NCBI GenBank assembly: GCA_002633005.1
Contig: NMRA01000669.1
Coordinates: 16,396 to 80,395 of the forward strand
Length of the DNA stretch: 64,000 bases
Reading direction: 5' to 3'
DNA from: Phoronis australis
Taxonomy: Eukaryota > Animalia > Phoronida
The notes under the pieces: model-generated
The model's input: the letters and a program-made list of their open reading frames with translations, nothing else
The model's database searches: none
Told to the model about the DNA's origin: nothing
Shown here: positions 51,494-64,000 of the stretch, one piece after another
Layout: the number at the start of each line of letters is the position of its first letter
Position numbering within the stretch: position 1 is the stretch's first letter
Program-made: the position numbers and the translations under genes

Positions 51494-52831
51494 CAGGACT
51501 GCAAGTATTCTCCTCTGGCTATCCGCAAAGGCGTTTTCAATAACAGCGTCTTTTTCTCGTCAATCACAATTCAGCTCTTATCTCATTAGTCTTAGATCGT
51601 TATCAGTTCTTTTCTCCTACGCACGTTAATCAACAGGACAGGAGACGTGAATGCCTGTTGTTATAATTCATGAAAGGAAAATCATGAGCACGCATGCTCA
51701 GACGGCTTTTATTGATTCTACTAATGACTGGGAAATTGAGATTTGAGTCATTAATTTATCACATTTCAAATTTTAACAATTGGGATTCAAATCAATTCGT
51801 GCTCGTGATCACACAATTAGTATATAGTAGGCGCCTTCTTACGCCATTTCATGGTATTCTCGAGCGAAATCCTCGCTGGACCCCTGCGTGTCTAGAGAAC
51901 ACGCGGTTACCTTTCCGTAGCACGCGTTTTGTCACTGGTTGATGTAGCCTAGGCAGCCATTGGTTAGCTTGACAACAATGAAAGAGAATGGAGGACTGTG
52001 AATGATTTTTAGCCTTGATGCAAGTGAAAAGACAGCAAATATTTCCTTTCTGCAGTAATGTTTAATAGCCGTGTGCTTGAAGCACATACAATGTACAAAC
52101 ATCTGGCCGATTCAACCGGTGTGTTATTCATACTGTGTGGATACAACGGGACAACAACGGGACAGCAAAGTAAATAAAAGTCAGCGGCAGTAGAAAAATT
52201 CACTCCGAAAAGGCACAACCACAACTTAGTCCGATTCACATTTCTTTAACACGAATGCACAGACCACAAACTATATCCACATATACGTTTCCCCTTTCAA
52301 TCAAGCCAGTTTGTTTATGTAAAGCACCAGGTGTTGAGAATTTGACCAGCCAATCAGTAACGCCCGTGTACAAAAATTTCCCCGAGGAAAATTAAATGAT
52401 ACCCCCCGTATTCTCTACCCGGCCCTAGCGGACATGCAGGGAACCAGCGAGGAGTCGAATCTAGCACGACGGCAACTACCTGTCGATGCTTAAGCGATTT
52501 TTGTAGTGTTTTCAAAAATATTTTTACATGTACACGTTAACGTCTTTCTAAAGGTTATTCTGCGTTTACCTGGGTTTTGTGCACGAATAAAATGCCCTAT
52601 TACCAAGGGGTACTTACTCAACACGAAAATTAATATTTGTTCGAGAGAAAAGAACAACACCGTTTATGAGAAATGAGATAGGATCAATGAGAAAATGGGG
52701 TTAGTAAGAGTTGAATCTCTGTTGATGACAAAAGAACTACCGCCTGTAAGCAAGGAATTGCGTTGAGAAAAGGACGCAGTTAGTCGGGAATCTTCCGTAA
52801 GCACCGTGACGGAAAAAGACTGGCAGCCCTG
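51494..52831. mobile_element. Old non-autonomous DNA element with degenerate long inverted ends
   Basis: CAGGACTGCAAG ... CTGGCAGCCCTG; inverted blocks GCGTCTTTTTCTC / GAGAAAAGGACGC and GTTCTTTTCTC / GAGAAAAGAAC; no TSD seen. Confidence 0.4.
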
Positions 52832-53294
52832 AAATATCGTTTCACGCGTACATGTACAAGTTTACTCGTCTTGGAGGCTGACAAAGTTTGACAAGAACCT
52901 GGACAGAAATCTATCGATGTCAAATAAAACTTAGACGGAGGCTTCAAGTAACTTAGTGGTCTTTATTTCGCCAAAATTCGTGGAAATGGTTCTAGATGGG
53001 TAACAAGTACCCAATGAGAGCCAATTTAAGCTTCAGGTTTAATTTGATTGACATTTACACTAATATTTGTTGAGAACTAGTTTGCACATTATCAGGTTTG
53101 CTTTAGATTTCAACAGACAGTTACTAAATGAAATCCGGCTATCATTTTCGTGCTTTCAGTTTCTGTAAAGTACAAAACGGCAACAAGAACATCGGTCTCC
53201 TCCTGCCATTATTGCTGCCATACTGGGATATCTACGCACTTCAAAACACGAATAAAGAAAAGATCTCCATGATAGCAAGTAGCAGCATATATTA

Positions 53295-53843
53295 AAGAAA
53301 ACAACGGTTTTAAGACTTGACATGTTTCGGTGTCATTTATTCAACGCCATCTTCAGAAGTGAGAATACAGTGGCCACCTAGCTAGGCCCAGCAACAAGTA
53401 ATGAAGCACAGATAAAGTCAGTTACAGGGAGTGACAATGAACTAGACCAACAATGACAACCTGTGGTGTGTCAGTTGCCTATTGAGATTGGGCTTGCACC
53501 AACTGATGTGTAAAGCATCACGAATTTTAAGCTCCTTTGTTGTTACTGCCTGTTCTATTTCTGCAAAGTCATTGAAAGAGCACTGCTGATGACAATGATT
53601 GGAGCTCTGTAGGTGAATATTTACATGTGAATTTCTGTCAGAATTTAGATGTTCCTTGGTCCTGGTTTTCAAATGGCGAACAGTTTCGCCTATATAACTG
53701 GAGCCACATCCAGCACAGATAAATTTGTATACGACCATGGACCGTAGACCCATAGAAATTTTGTCCTTAGGGTTAAATAAATTCAACAGTTTTAGAGACA
53801 TGAATGTTAATATAACTCTTAAGTTCACACAGTGATCATTCAA
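53295..53843 (-). mobile_element. Penelope-like element inverted pseudo-LTR (GIY-YIG and 3' UTR)
   Basis: VVYKFICAGCGSSYIGETVRHLKTRTKEH; inverse of about 55945-56495. Confidence 0.9.
53315..53360 (-). ncRNA. Minimal type I hammerhead ribozyme
   Basis: ACTT-CTGAAGA-TGGCGTT..GACACC-GAAAC-ATGTC-AAGT. Confidence 0.85.
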
Positions 53844-54510
53844 CGCTCACTCTCTGCCCATATGTAAGGAACTTCGCCTCCCTCTAGTTCAAGACATCTT
53901 TAAAATCTCAACTGCAAAATTTTACTACAAATTCCTCAATAATCAGCTTCCTAAATATTTTTACACTAACAACTTCTTTAGTAAACCCATCCAATATAAG
54001 CCAACCAGACACATTAAAACTACTACATACCTGAATCAATACTAAGCTACATGTACAATACCGACAATACAACCCAAAATTTTAATTCCTCCGTCCTACA
54101 AATTGTCATCAAGAGCCTGTATTAAATTTCAGATTCCTCGACTTAAAAACAACGAAATACCAGTCTCTGCTCTAAATATAATAAAAACACATTCTTTGCA
54201 AGCATTATCCAGGTTCTTAACCAATTTTATTATTAGCAACTACGATCCAGTTTGTCATATTTCCAATTGCTTCATATGTAGCAGTATATAATTGTATTCT
54301 CAAAATCTCCTGAGCTGTGCCAGTTTACTTCTTGGTTCCTGGCGTGTCGGTCGTTTTCAGCGCTAATTCACTGTTTTTTTAAGTATTCCCATGTTTTTGC
54401 ATTTCCATTTTGTTTATCTTGTACAGGGGACCTTCTTATTAGCGGTCAATAACCTTTAGAAGGCCTCCTAATTGAAATCAAACTTTAATCAATGTATTAT
54501 TATTATGTAA
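53844..54510 (+). mobile_element. 3' fragment of a CR1/L2-group LINE
   Basis: NAHSLPICKELRLPLVQDIFKISTAKFYYKFLNNQLPKYF, terminal C.ISNCFICS, (TAT)n tail. Confidence 0.65.
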
Positions 54511-54516
54511 TGTAAG

Positions 54517-54519
<3 letters not shown>

Positions 54520-54551
<32 letters not shown>

Positions 54552-54586
54552 CCTCCTTCCCTCCCTCCCTCTCTCTCTCTCTCTCC
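54520..54586. repeat. (CT)n/(CCCT)n microsatellite
   Basis: Directly visible. Confidence 0.95.
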
Positions 54587-55305
54587 AATTTGTTGAGAGA
54601 AGGACAGCTGCAGAGGTTTTTACGCAAAATTAAGAATGATGGTCGTTTAGATACTGAAACGTACAACTATCTGTATCCACAAGGTTCACAGCCAGGTACA
54701 TTGTATGGCCTACCAAACAGACAGATGATTCCATCCCTCCATTTAGACCTATTGTGTCATCTGTGAATACTTTCAATTACAATCTTGCCAAGTACCTACG
54801 TAAGCTACTCAAACCACATAAAAATGAGGACTACACAGCAGGTGATACATTCTCTTTTGTTTCAGAGGTTAGGGGTCAACTTCTCAGGAATCGCTTCATG
54901 GCTTCTTTTGATATTGCGAGTCTGTTTACTAACCTACCTGTGGACGAATAAAGATTACTGGAACTGAGCTCATGGAGCTATTCAAATTTGCAACCAGCAA
55001 AACCCATTTTGTATTTAATGGGGAGGTTTTAACCAAATTGATGGTATAGCAATGGGTTCACCTTTGGCTCCCATACTAGCTGGCATGTTTTTAGGTCACC
55101 ACGAGAAAACATGGATTGAGACATACACTGGTCCTCAAGTCTATTTCTATCGACGATAGGCCTATGTAGATGATGTGTTTTGTATACTGAAAATCAGCAG
55201 TCAGCCCAGGAATTTTTGGTGTATTTAAACTCGAGGCATCCTGACTTGAAATTCAGTGTAGAGTTGGAGGTCAATAACATTTGCCATTTCTGGACGTGTT
55301 AGTGG

Positions 55306-55582
55306 CATAGCGCTCAATCGTCGTGAGAGACCGTCCGGAGTTGGTATATGGTGCAATTCAGGACGGTCTGGGGTCTACAGAAACCGCAGTTCAACTGTGA
55401 GTCTACACAAATGTGATAAAACAGAGTAGTTCTACTTGCTGCGTCAGCTGTTGGTATGCATATCTCTTTTAGGACACACAATGTGTGACTGGGCAAAGCG
55501 TTTTCAAAATAATGTGGATAAGTCAGTGGAGTGTGAGACCCCTGAGGTCCCTGTCAAGTCCTCACGACAATTTTACGTTATG
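55306..55582. mobile_element. 277-bp MITE inserted in the Penelope ORF
   Basis: Imperfect TIR CATAGCG..TCGTGAG / CTCACGA..CGTTATG; GG 2-bp TSD; removal restores FLDVLVERE. Confidence 0.7.
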
Positions 55583-56427
55583 GGAGCGTGAGGGTACCTC
55601 AGTGATAACATTGATATTTCAGAAGAAAACCTACACAGGACTGTACACTTGTTTTCATAGCTTCACATCCTTTGTTTATAAAGTAGGTCTCATTAAAACT
55701 CTTAATATACAGGGTATATCGCATTAACAACACTTGGGCGAGATTTGATTCTAATATTAAAGAACTTACAACGAATTTGCAAAAGAATGGCTATCCCCTA
55801 GAATTAGTCAATAGGGTACCGAAAGCAAGACTCCAACGTAACTTTGATGATGTTCATCCTGTAGACAAAACTAACTACAAGTACTTTAAAATACCCTATG
55901 TTGGGTTTTACGCCAAGATTGCTCAACGAAAACTCAACAAATTGGTGAATGATTACTGTGTGAACTTAAGAGTTGTATTAACATTCAAGTCTCTAAATCT
56001 GTCGAATTTATTTAACCCTAAGGACAAAATTTCTATGGGTCTACGGTCCAAGGTAGTATACAAATTTATCTGTGCTGGATGTGGCTCCAATTATATAGGC
56101 GAAACTGTTCGCCATTTGAAAACCATTACCAAGGAACATCTAAATTCTGACAGAAATTCACATGTAAATATTCACCTACAGAGCTCCAATCATTGTTATC
56201 GGCAATGCTCTTTCAATGACGTTGCAGTAATAGACCAGGGCAATAACAACAAAGGAGATTAAAATTCGTGAGTATTTACACATCAGTTTGTGCAAGCCCA
56301 ATCTTATAGGCAACTGACACACCACAGGTTGTCATTGTTGGTCTAGTTCATTGTCACTCCCTGTAGCTGACTGTATCTGTGCTTCATTACTTGTTGCTGG
56401 GCCTAACTAGGTGGCCACTGTATTCTC

Positions 56428-56473
56428 ACTTCTGAAGATGGCGTTGAATAAATGACACCGAAACATGTCAAGT
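56428..56473 (+). ncRNA. Minimal type I hammerhead ribozyme
   Basis: CTGAAGA core, stem II, GAAAC, palindromic ACATGT stem III, GTC cleavage triplet, stem I ACTT/AAGT. Confidence 0.85.
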
Positions 56474-58019
56474 CTTAAAACCGTTGTTGTTTTCTTAAAT
56501 AAGGAAAAGCTTTGTGCCGTTCACTTGTCAGGGGTCCCCCGAAAGAAAGAGGAACGCCCGCTGCTACGTGTACGTGGATATGAGCTTTGGTATAGGTACA
56601 ACCATTATTTCAAGAAAATATGCACAAACAGGCGCCGATGAAAATCGTTGCAAGATATTTACACTAAAGTTTCAGTTATTACTTTGGGCCTCTGACAAAA
56701 CTTTTAGCCAACCAACATAGGAGCAGCGTAGTCGATATTGCACAGTCTCTATCAAGATCTAAAGATCGGATACGAGATTATAAGTACTATTTTGGGATAT
56801 TTCGTACCAGAAATGACGAGAACCCTACTTCCGCGCAGTTTGACTACACTTGAAAGAATTGTAGAGTCCACTCAGTAGGTACTAGGGTTTTAAAACAACT
56901 TTGAATACTCTAACATGTTAGTGTGTGGCAATGGTTTTGCTTGGAACTAAGATTTTTTCTCATTCCAGGAATCACAAAGTTTGTTTTGCAAGCTATGAAA
57001 GATCGGGGAAATGCATAACTCTAATTAATAGAACAAAAATTGTCGAATTTTGGCTTCAACCGAAGTCAAGTGTGTGCTAATCCAGCACAGCATATAGAGA
57101 ATTTTTTAATACAATGAACTGTCCAAGTAGGAGACCTATTTTGATTGATTTAATTTAAACACGATTGTTGCTAAATAAGTTGTGTACAGAGCAAGGCTGT
57201 GTGTAAAGGAGCGGGAGGATGTTCCCGATGCTTATACTTTAGAATATTTTGTGAACATTGTGTGTCCAGGTTCGCAAATACAATTTAAATAAATTAATTG
57301 CCTTAGGTCATATAAAGATACATGTACGCCTATGGTTGTTTGTTCTTGCATACTGTTTTTTCCTCAAACTGAAAACAGAATGCATACTCGACAAAGACAA
57401 CGCATGGTGCACGTAAAGAGCATTCTTTTAGAGATTGTAAGAGCTCATTTTCGAGGGGAGGGTGTAGAAGTTTTTCTATGGCCGTTAGACCACTTGACCT
57501 AAAACTGAGAAAGTGAGGATGGGGTAGACACTGGCCAGTTCATGGTCTAACTCCAGCAGTTATGGTTGCCCCTACAGCAGCGATGGTAATGGTTGCACTT
57601 TTCACAAAATCCATTATGCTGAAAAAAATTGCAGTTATTGTGATAACATTTTTAGTCTGGGCTATTTTTTGTTGAATCAAAACTCTTCGACATCCGTCTA
57701 GCCGAGCTAATCATTTTTGGAAATTTGTTGTATCCATATTTTAATCATCAATGATGTCTCCTAGACAAAGGTTTGAATCGCACAGACTATCCTATTCAAA
57801 TGGTTTTAATAGGGTACCTTACACAAATCATAACTTCCCAGTCTGGCTTTCCAGTATTTACAGACTCCATGTGAGCACAGAATCTGTATTCACATGTGCA
57901 GGGTGATCACGTGGTACTGAGCAACGAAAACGATTCATGGGGTTCTGGATTCCATAAGGGACGCCGTCATTACTAATTAGGCTGGTCCAACTCTAAGAAA
58001 AAGTCACATAGATTGATAG

Positions 58020-58943
58020 CAAGGTGTTCCATCGAAATTGGAAGCCTTGAGTAAAATAGATACCCGGAGTCGAAGACAGGCTCCTCCTCCTTCAAAACAG
58101 CCAATCAGTCCGAAAAATAAGAATTCTGACCTTTAAAACATGAACCCCGATCTTCAAAACAGGAACCCTGGGGATCGGACAGGAAACTCTGACTATTTCT
58201 CAAATTTTCTGAGACGATGTCAGTAGGCTCAATTGTGTTAAAGCCTCTACAAGTACTTACAAGCAAACTCCTGCATAGATCCAAAACAAGTCGAAATCGA
58301 TCGTACAGTCGACATTCAATTGGATCACTGGGCCCGAAGCGCCAAACAAATCGACAACTTTCGGGCAAGCTATAAGCGCTTACATTAAAAAAACGGAAAA
58401 TTCCAACCGTATAACATCTATAAAAAACCATACCTGCGTCTAACAAAATATTTACTAAGGCAGCTGAAAAATCTCGATTTGAATCCGGTAAATTGTTCAC
58501 CACAATAGCACACGCCATTTTTGTTCACTCTGTCGGGTACATTACACACGTCCGCAAGTAGAACAGGCTCTTAAGAATCAACACTTTTTTCGTTAGAGAT
58601 AGGTCATAAGTTGTCTAAGATTCTCATATAGTAAAGCAACATATCACAACTACTTAAAGTAGGAACATTATTTTTTCATCAGTCGAAATGTGAAATTGTT
58701 ACATGTCGTATGAACACAAAGCAGCTTAAAGGTATGAAGGTACTATTTTCGTGAGATAATGTTTCACAGAAATTGCGACAGTGGTGTTTCGGTCCCCGGG
58801 TATCTTGTCCGATCTCTGTTTTTTTGTTTTATAGTTGGGGATTCGTCTTTTTCGGACCGGTTAGCTGTTTTGAAGATGCTGGAATTTGTTTTCGATTATT
58901 TATATGTTTTAAACCGGGGTCCCAGTTTCGATGGAACACCTTG
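58020..58943. mobile_element. Non-autonomous element with CAAGGTGTTCCATCGAAA TIRs
   Basis: 18-bp perfect inverted ends plus degenerate inner inversions; 5-bp flanks GATAG/GATAC. Confidence 0.65.
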
Positions 58944-61405
58944 GATACAAGTAGTCGGTCTGCTCTAAGAACAGTTTCGAAACAACCACAAAGCATTAGC
59001 TTTGAGCTACTTGAGGCAGTACCGAGGAAGGTGAGGGAATTGGTGATGGACAGGGGATGAAATTCGTAGCGACCGAGGCGAAATTGTCCTCACAGAAGGC
59101 ACAGGCACATTCACGCTCCGGTAGGCGAGGACCGTGCCTTTTGGTACGTCTTCTATTGAGCATCCACACTTGAACATCAATTTCTAATTTATAAAAGACC
59201 ATTCACAATCTCTGGGCATACTGGGTCATCACATAAATATCAGTCCAGTATAAAAGCTAAAGACATATGTAGATTATTACGTCATCGCTGCATTTTTGAT
59301 GTTCCGTTTACTAAAAAATACAAATTTCTTCTTAGACAGCTCCGCAGCGTTAGTTACATGTATTCCGTGCTTCATTGAATCTTATTATTGTTTTTACAAC
59401 AATAGACAAGTGACGTAATTGGTTGACCCAAAAAAACGCACCCACCGAGATTGTTACGCTCATACGGCACACAGGCCACTCACTGTCAAACCTCATCCTC
59501 CCCCCGGAAGGTGGGATGTTAATCACTCAAAGTCTTCTTCAGTCATCCTGCCGCCCTAGCCTCATTCGCGAGTATAGGACAAGATATGCCATACAATGCG
59601 CATCGATTGTCTGGATTGGTGGCTTGTTGCCTGTTTACCATAAAACTGTCGTTATTCAAGTTCACTGATACGTGCTTGAAGGTGTTAGGCCTATCTGATA
59701 AGAGCCGTGAGTGGAGTGGAGTGCCCGCAAAATAATGAAAACTGCGGTCAACTTGAACGTTAATCGGCTGTAGTCGCCAAAGCAGTTCAATTCGCCACGT
59801 CTGCTAATTTAGTTATTGATATCGACTATGAATAAAGCATTTGCTGGCGTAGTTTTGCAACCGCCGGTGTCACCTCATCTGCCCCAACCACACAGCCAAA
59901 GACTGATAGAGGGATTTATTGCAATCTCACCCGAGCCGTTATCAACGCCTAAGAAGAAGTCTGATACGTAATTAAGTCCTTTACTTAAATCATGTCTCAT
60001 TTGTTTCTTACGTTTCGTTCAGGCTCTGAACTGATCACCCCACAAGGGTAGTTTAATAAGGATACAAATGCCCAGTTTGTTTACACAACTGGTAACATGA
60101 CCCAGGGTGATGACACCATCTGTATGCCAGGCCACTCGGACAATGCTGTTCATACAATGGAACTATTCATGGATATGTAGGCCTATCTTTGGCAAATATG
60201 AGTCGACTTTTATAAAAAATATACAGTGTGATTGACATAATCTAAATTTCTAACTTTCAAAACTAAATGAGAGAAATGCAACAGTTGAAATAACCGAATG
60301 CTGCAGGTACATCCACTCACGTCGGAAAGTCAAACGGCTAATCACTGCCGTAAACCAAAGTGAAGTTGAAACGTAAACAAACCGCTGCATACTTGTAATG
60401 TGGCCATCCGCAGTAACCTTCCCCAACTTGCGGACGCAGGGCTTCAGACTCTGAGCGTAATGTTCGGCGTCAAAAGTGAAACCGATTTGTCATTTGAATG
60501 TCGATGTCCGTGTAATTTGCGTAACGATCGATGACTGAAAACGTAGTCACTGACTCAGAAATACCATGTTTAGCACTTACGTATTGAGTCGTGAGTATCT
60601 GATGTCAGTCTCTGCTGACGCGAGTCCTCCACAAACAAACAAAGAACAATTAACTGTAGCCTGTCGCGGAGGCCTAGCTACTCAGGGTGGGGAAAATCCC
60701 AAGCGGACTTACCTTAATCCTTGATTATTTTGCCGCTAGGAGTCATGCAGCGTAAAATAATATCAGCTCAGCCTCACAGGAAGACTCATGGTTGTCTGTT
60801 CCGGTATAAGTAACTGTTCCGTTGAAAAGAATCGAGTAAATACTATCACCATACACAATTTTTTTTCATTCTACACTTAGTCCTTAAATTAGAGTCCAGC
60901 TACACTGCATATAAATATCAAATTTGCCGTTGTGTTCTACATGACGGAGACAAGTTTTTATTATTGCCATGCTAACAGTACAGTCAACTGGATTTATAAC
61001 CTTCACACTGTATTCGAAAAAATACGACTCGAATTGGTGTGAAATTAAGAATTTTCCTTGATGCGAGGCAGGCAGTTTCTCAATTTTCGAGTCGATTCTC
61101 AAGTAAATATTTTTTGAAACATTTTTTCAGTCATACAAACAGACAATGAAAATCAGCAATAAAAGTAAACTGGGATGAACACTAACAATTTTAATAGTGT
61201 CGGCTTTCCCAGTCTCTAACATTCATCCAGAACCACATAATATTTTCAGTCTTCTGTTAAAAAGAATCATAGAGGTCCATCGACTGTTGAAAACTGCTGT
61301 TGCATTTTTTGGAAAATAAATTTCTCAATTTTGTATCATTCAAGTATTTCGGTGTAAATTATAATTTGAAACACGATAAGCGTTTGACAAATCTTTGGCA
61401 GTATT

Positions 61406-62076
61406 TGTTGTTCTGGCGCAGTGTCAGCGAACAGTCGAGAGAAACACAGGTGATTCTACGTACAGCATAATTCTTTTATTCGTGTGCCGTCAGTACATAG
61501 ACAAACCCGTAAACTGAAATAAACAAAATCCTGAGTCACTACTACGAAATATGATACAAGCACAGGCAGTGACAATATATACAAAACCGTTATTTACATC
61601 AACGAAGAAAATGTACAAGTAACGAAATGATGGCTACATCAGATAAACTGAATCTTATATGAAAATACTATGTACAAAAACGAACCTAATTCATACACAA
61701 TTCTGCCGTGAGACCGCGACGCAAACTAGATATCAAGTCACGCTAAACTTTTACGATAATATGAGCTAGAAACAGACTGGTTTGTGAATTGCAATCTAAA
61801 GGTCGCAGCGAACAACGCCCAAACCCTAGACACGAACCACAAAGGACGAAATACGGCGAAGTAATTAAAGCGAANACGAAACCAATGACATGCATACACT
61901 GCACACAGATAGATACGAAATACGAAATACGAATGAATGGAACTGGCGGGTAAAACGCTTTTAAATGTCAGTACCACGTGACAAGTTCACAATCTGGGGG
62001 GTACTTGAAAATGAGTACAACAGGAAACAATACTTAATATACACAGGCAATATGAATGATTGCGTCTGCAGTAACA
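61406..62076 (-). repeat. 3' LTR of the BEL/Pao element
   Basis: Minus strand: PPT GGGGGGAGTAA then TGTTAC...AACAACA; AATAAA at 61475-61480. Confidence 0.75.
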
Positions 62077-62320
62077 TTACTCCCCCCGAGAAAGCGGAGA
62101 AAACTTCGCTGACCAAACACAATCAGATACTGCAGACACAATCAAAGAGGACAACCCAACAAAATACACGTGATATCACAGTTACTAATCTTCAGAACAA
62201 ATCAAAAGAACCGATTTATTTACAGGGCGCCAAAAGGTTGACGTCAATGTTTTAACATGACAGCTCCTTACGAGACCATTTTGATCAGTCACTAAGTCTG
62301 TCACACGATCCATCTTCCAG

Positions 62321-64000
62321 TCACCGGGGAAGGCCTTCCTCCTTGATGAGTACAACATCATTCACTCTCATATTGCGACTTGGAACTTGCCACTTTCGAC
62401 GACATTGCAATGTAGTCAAATACTCTTTTCTCCATCTTGTCCAAAAGAGATTCGCCAAGTATTGGGCGCGCCTCCAACGCTTACGTAAATAAACGTCTTC
62501 TCGCTGAAACTTTCCAGGTGGAGGGAGCAATATCAGTGTCTTAAAAGTAAGAATGTTGCTCGGTGATAACGGATCCAAATCGTCGGGGTCACTAGATACA
62601 GTTGTAAGGGGTCTTGAATTCACTATGGCCTCCGCCTCACACAATACTGTATGCAGAACGTAATCATTTAAGCGATCACATTCGCGCAATGTGGATGATA
62701 ACACTTTCCGAACAGTGCGAATTTGACGTTCCCAAAGACCACCGAAGTTACTAGCAGTTGGCGGGTTGAACGACCAGTCAATATTTTCTGTCAACAAGTA
62801 CCTCTGAATACGTTCCTGGTCCATTTCATCTATGGCTGCTCGTAACTCACGATCGGCTCCCACGAAGTTCGTTCCGTTGTCACTGAATATGGTATGAACT
62901 GGCCCTCGTCTGGCCAAAAATCGGCGCAGAGCATTAATGAAGCAGTCAGTCTCAAGGCTTTTAACCACTTCTAAATGTATGGCTCGGCTAGAGAAACAAG
63001 TAAACATAACACCGTATCGCTTATACACCTTTCTACCTTCTTTAACTTGGAACGGACCTAACAAATCTGTGCCTGTTTACGTAAAAGGTGCTTGTGGAAT
63101 AGTGCGTTCAACAGGCAAATTGGCCATCTTTTGATCACATTCTTGACCACGTAGACGACGGCAAGTCACACATCTGTTAATAACTCTACGAACAGCAGCG
63201 TTGGCGGCAACAATCCAGAACTTCTCTCGTAAGGTTGAAAGAACATGATTCCGACCAGCGTGAGCCAAGCGCTCATGATAATGGCGAACAACAAGCGTTG
63301 TAACGTGTCTAGGCAGTACGATGGGATGCTTCATACCATCCTCTAGCAAAGTTTTACCGAGACGACCGCCAACACGTAACAAACCTCTGTCCAAGAAAGG
63401 GTCCAGCGTGATCAGCGGTGTACTTTTCTTGGCTCTACCGTTACCTTAGAGCCTTTCAAAATCATCTCTGAAGTATTGTCTCTGAGTAAATTTTAACACA
63501 TTGGCTTCCGCTTCATGCAACTCCTCAACCGCAAGTGGTGCTGACAACCAACTCTGGTCACTGGTGTCTCCATCTCTTTTTCGTTGCACCAACCATTTCT
63601 ACTGAAGACAGCTACAGCTTTCTTTAACGGCAACCATTTAGAATAGTAATCAATCAATCGTTGCAAACCGCTAACACCTTCATTAGAACTCGTCGCATTC
63701 ACAAAAGTCGGAGAACCGGCAGCTTCATCACTAGGCACTGGAAACGCGCTTGGCTGAGGATAATAACAGTCACCAAACAACAAGAAATTGGGACCATTAA
63801 ACCAACTATCGTGACAGAGAAACTTCTCAGCATCTAAACCGCGTGACGCACAATCAGCTGGGTTAAATTCAGAACGCACATACCTCCACTGTGAAGGGTT
63901 GCTGAAGTCTAATATTTGCTGTACCCTGTTGGCGACGAAAACCGGGAACCTATTACTGCGACTGTGCACATAATACAGAACCGTCATAGAATCTGTGTGG
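62321..64000 (-). pseudogene. pol: BEL/Pao pol (RNase H, H2C2 zinc finger, integrase), frameshifted; continues beyond the window
   Basis: FVANRV..W.YV.SE.NPAD.ASRG; LRVGGRL..HP..H..H..C..C; FTC..RAIHLE..RRF.ARRG..SDNGTNFVG..GG.WER..NSRPL. Confidence 0.95.

Larger units (their letters stand above)
54587..56500 (+). mobile_element. Degraded Penelope-like retroelement (RT and GIY-YIG)
   Basis: LYGLP..RPIVSS..SFDIASLFTNLP; DGIAMGSPLAP; YVDDVF; PFLDV; GYP; IPYVG; YIGET. Confidence 0.92.

Noticed and set aside
54478-54666. ERERE-rich protein
   Set aside because: Translation of the (CT)n microsatellite.

Overview
Eukaryotic, AT-rich, transposon-saturated animal DNA; the mix of element families suggests a marine invertebrate, which is an inference. 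There are two N gaps (3903-4404, 17323-17353) and no long intact host gene. Most ORFs in the track are spurious or are transposon debris. Elements bounded by termini and target-site duplications (TSDs) read from the sequence: a CR1/L2-type LINE split by an ISL2EU-like THAP element; a five-level nest (Kolobok > Academ > ISL2EU > 9-bp-repeat insert > P-like MITE); a Gypsy gag-pro cut by two inverted CCCAGTAAACA-ended (EnSpm/CACTA-like) elements; an inverted pair of Sola3 elements; an IS3EU-like remnant split over about 8 kb; a deleted Kolobok; a second Academ; a Penelope element with two hammerhead ribozymes; and the 3' half of a BEL/Pao LTR retrotransposon. Best leads: a 4.5-kb near-perfect palindrome centred on a CACGGTG-ended MITE (real fold-back or assembly artefact); a spliced 42-aa hydrophobic micropeptide candidate missed by the ORF track (51052-51262, minus strand); Kolobok TIRs carrying ETS/CRE/E2F-like motifs facing both genes; a CTCF-motif array; and Transib-like CAC-ended MITEs. 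No convincing novel multi-gene system is visible.
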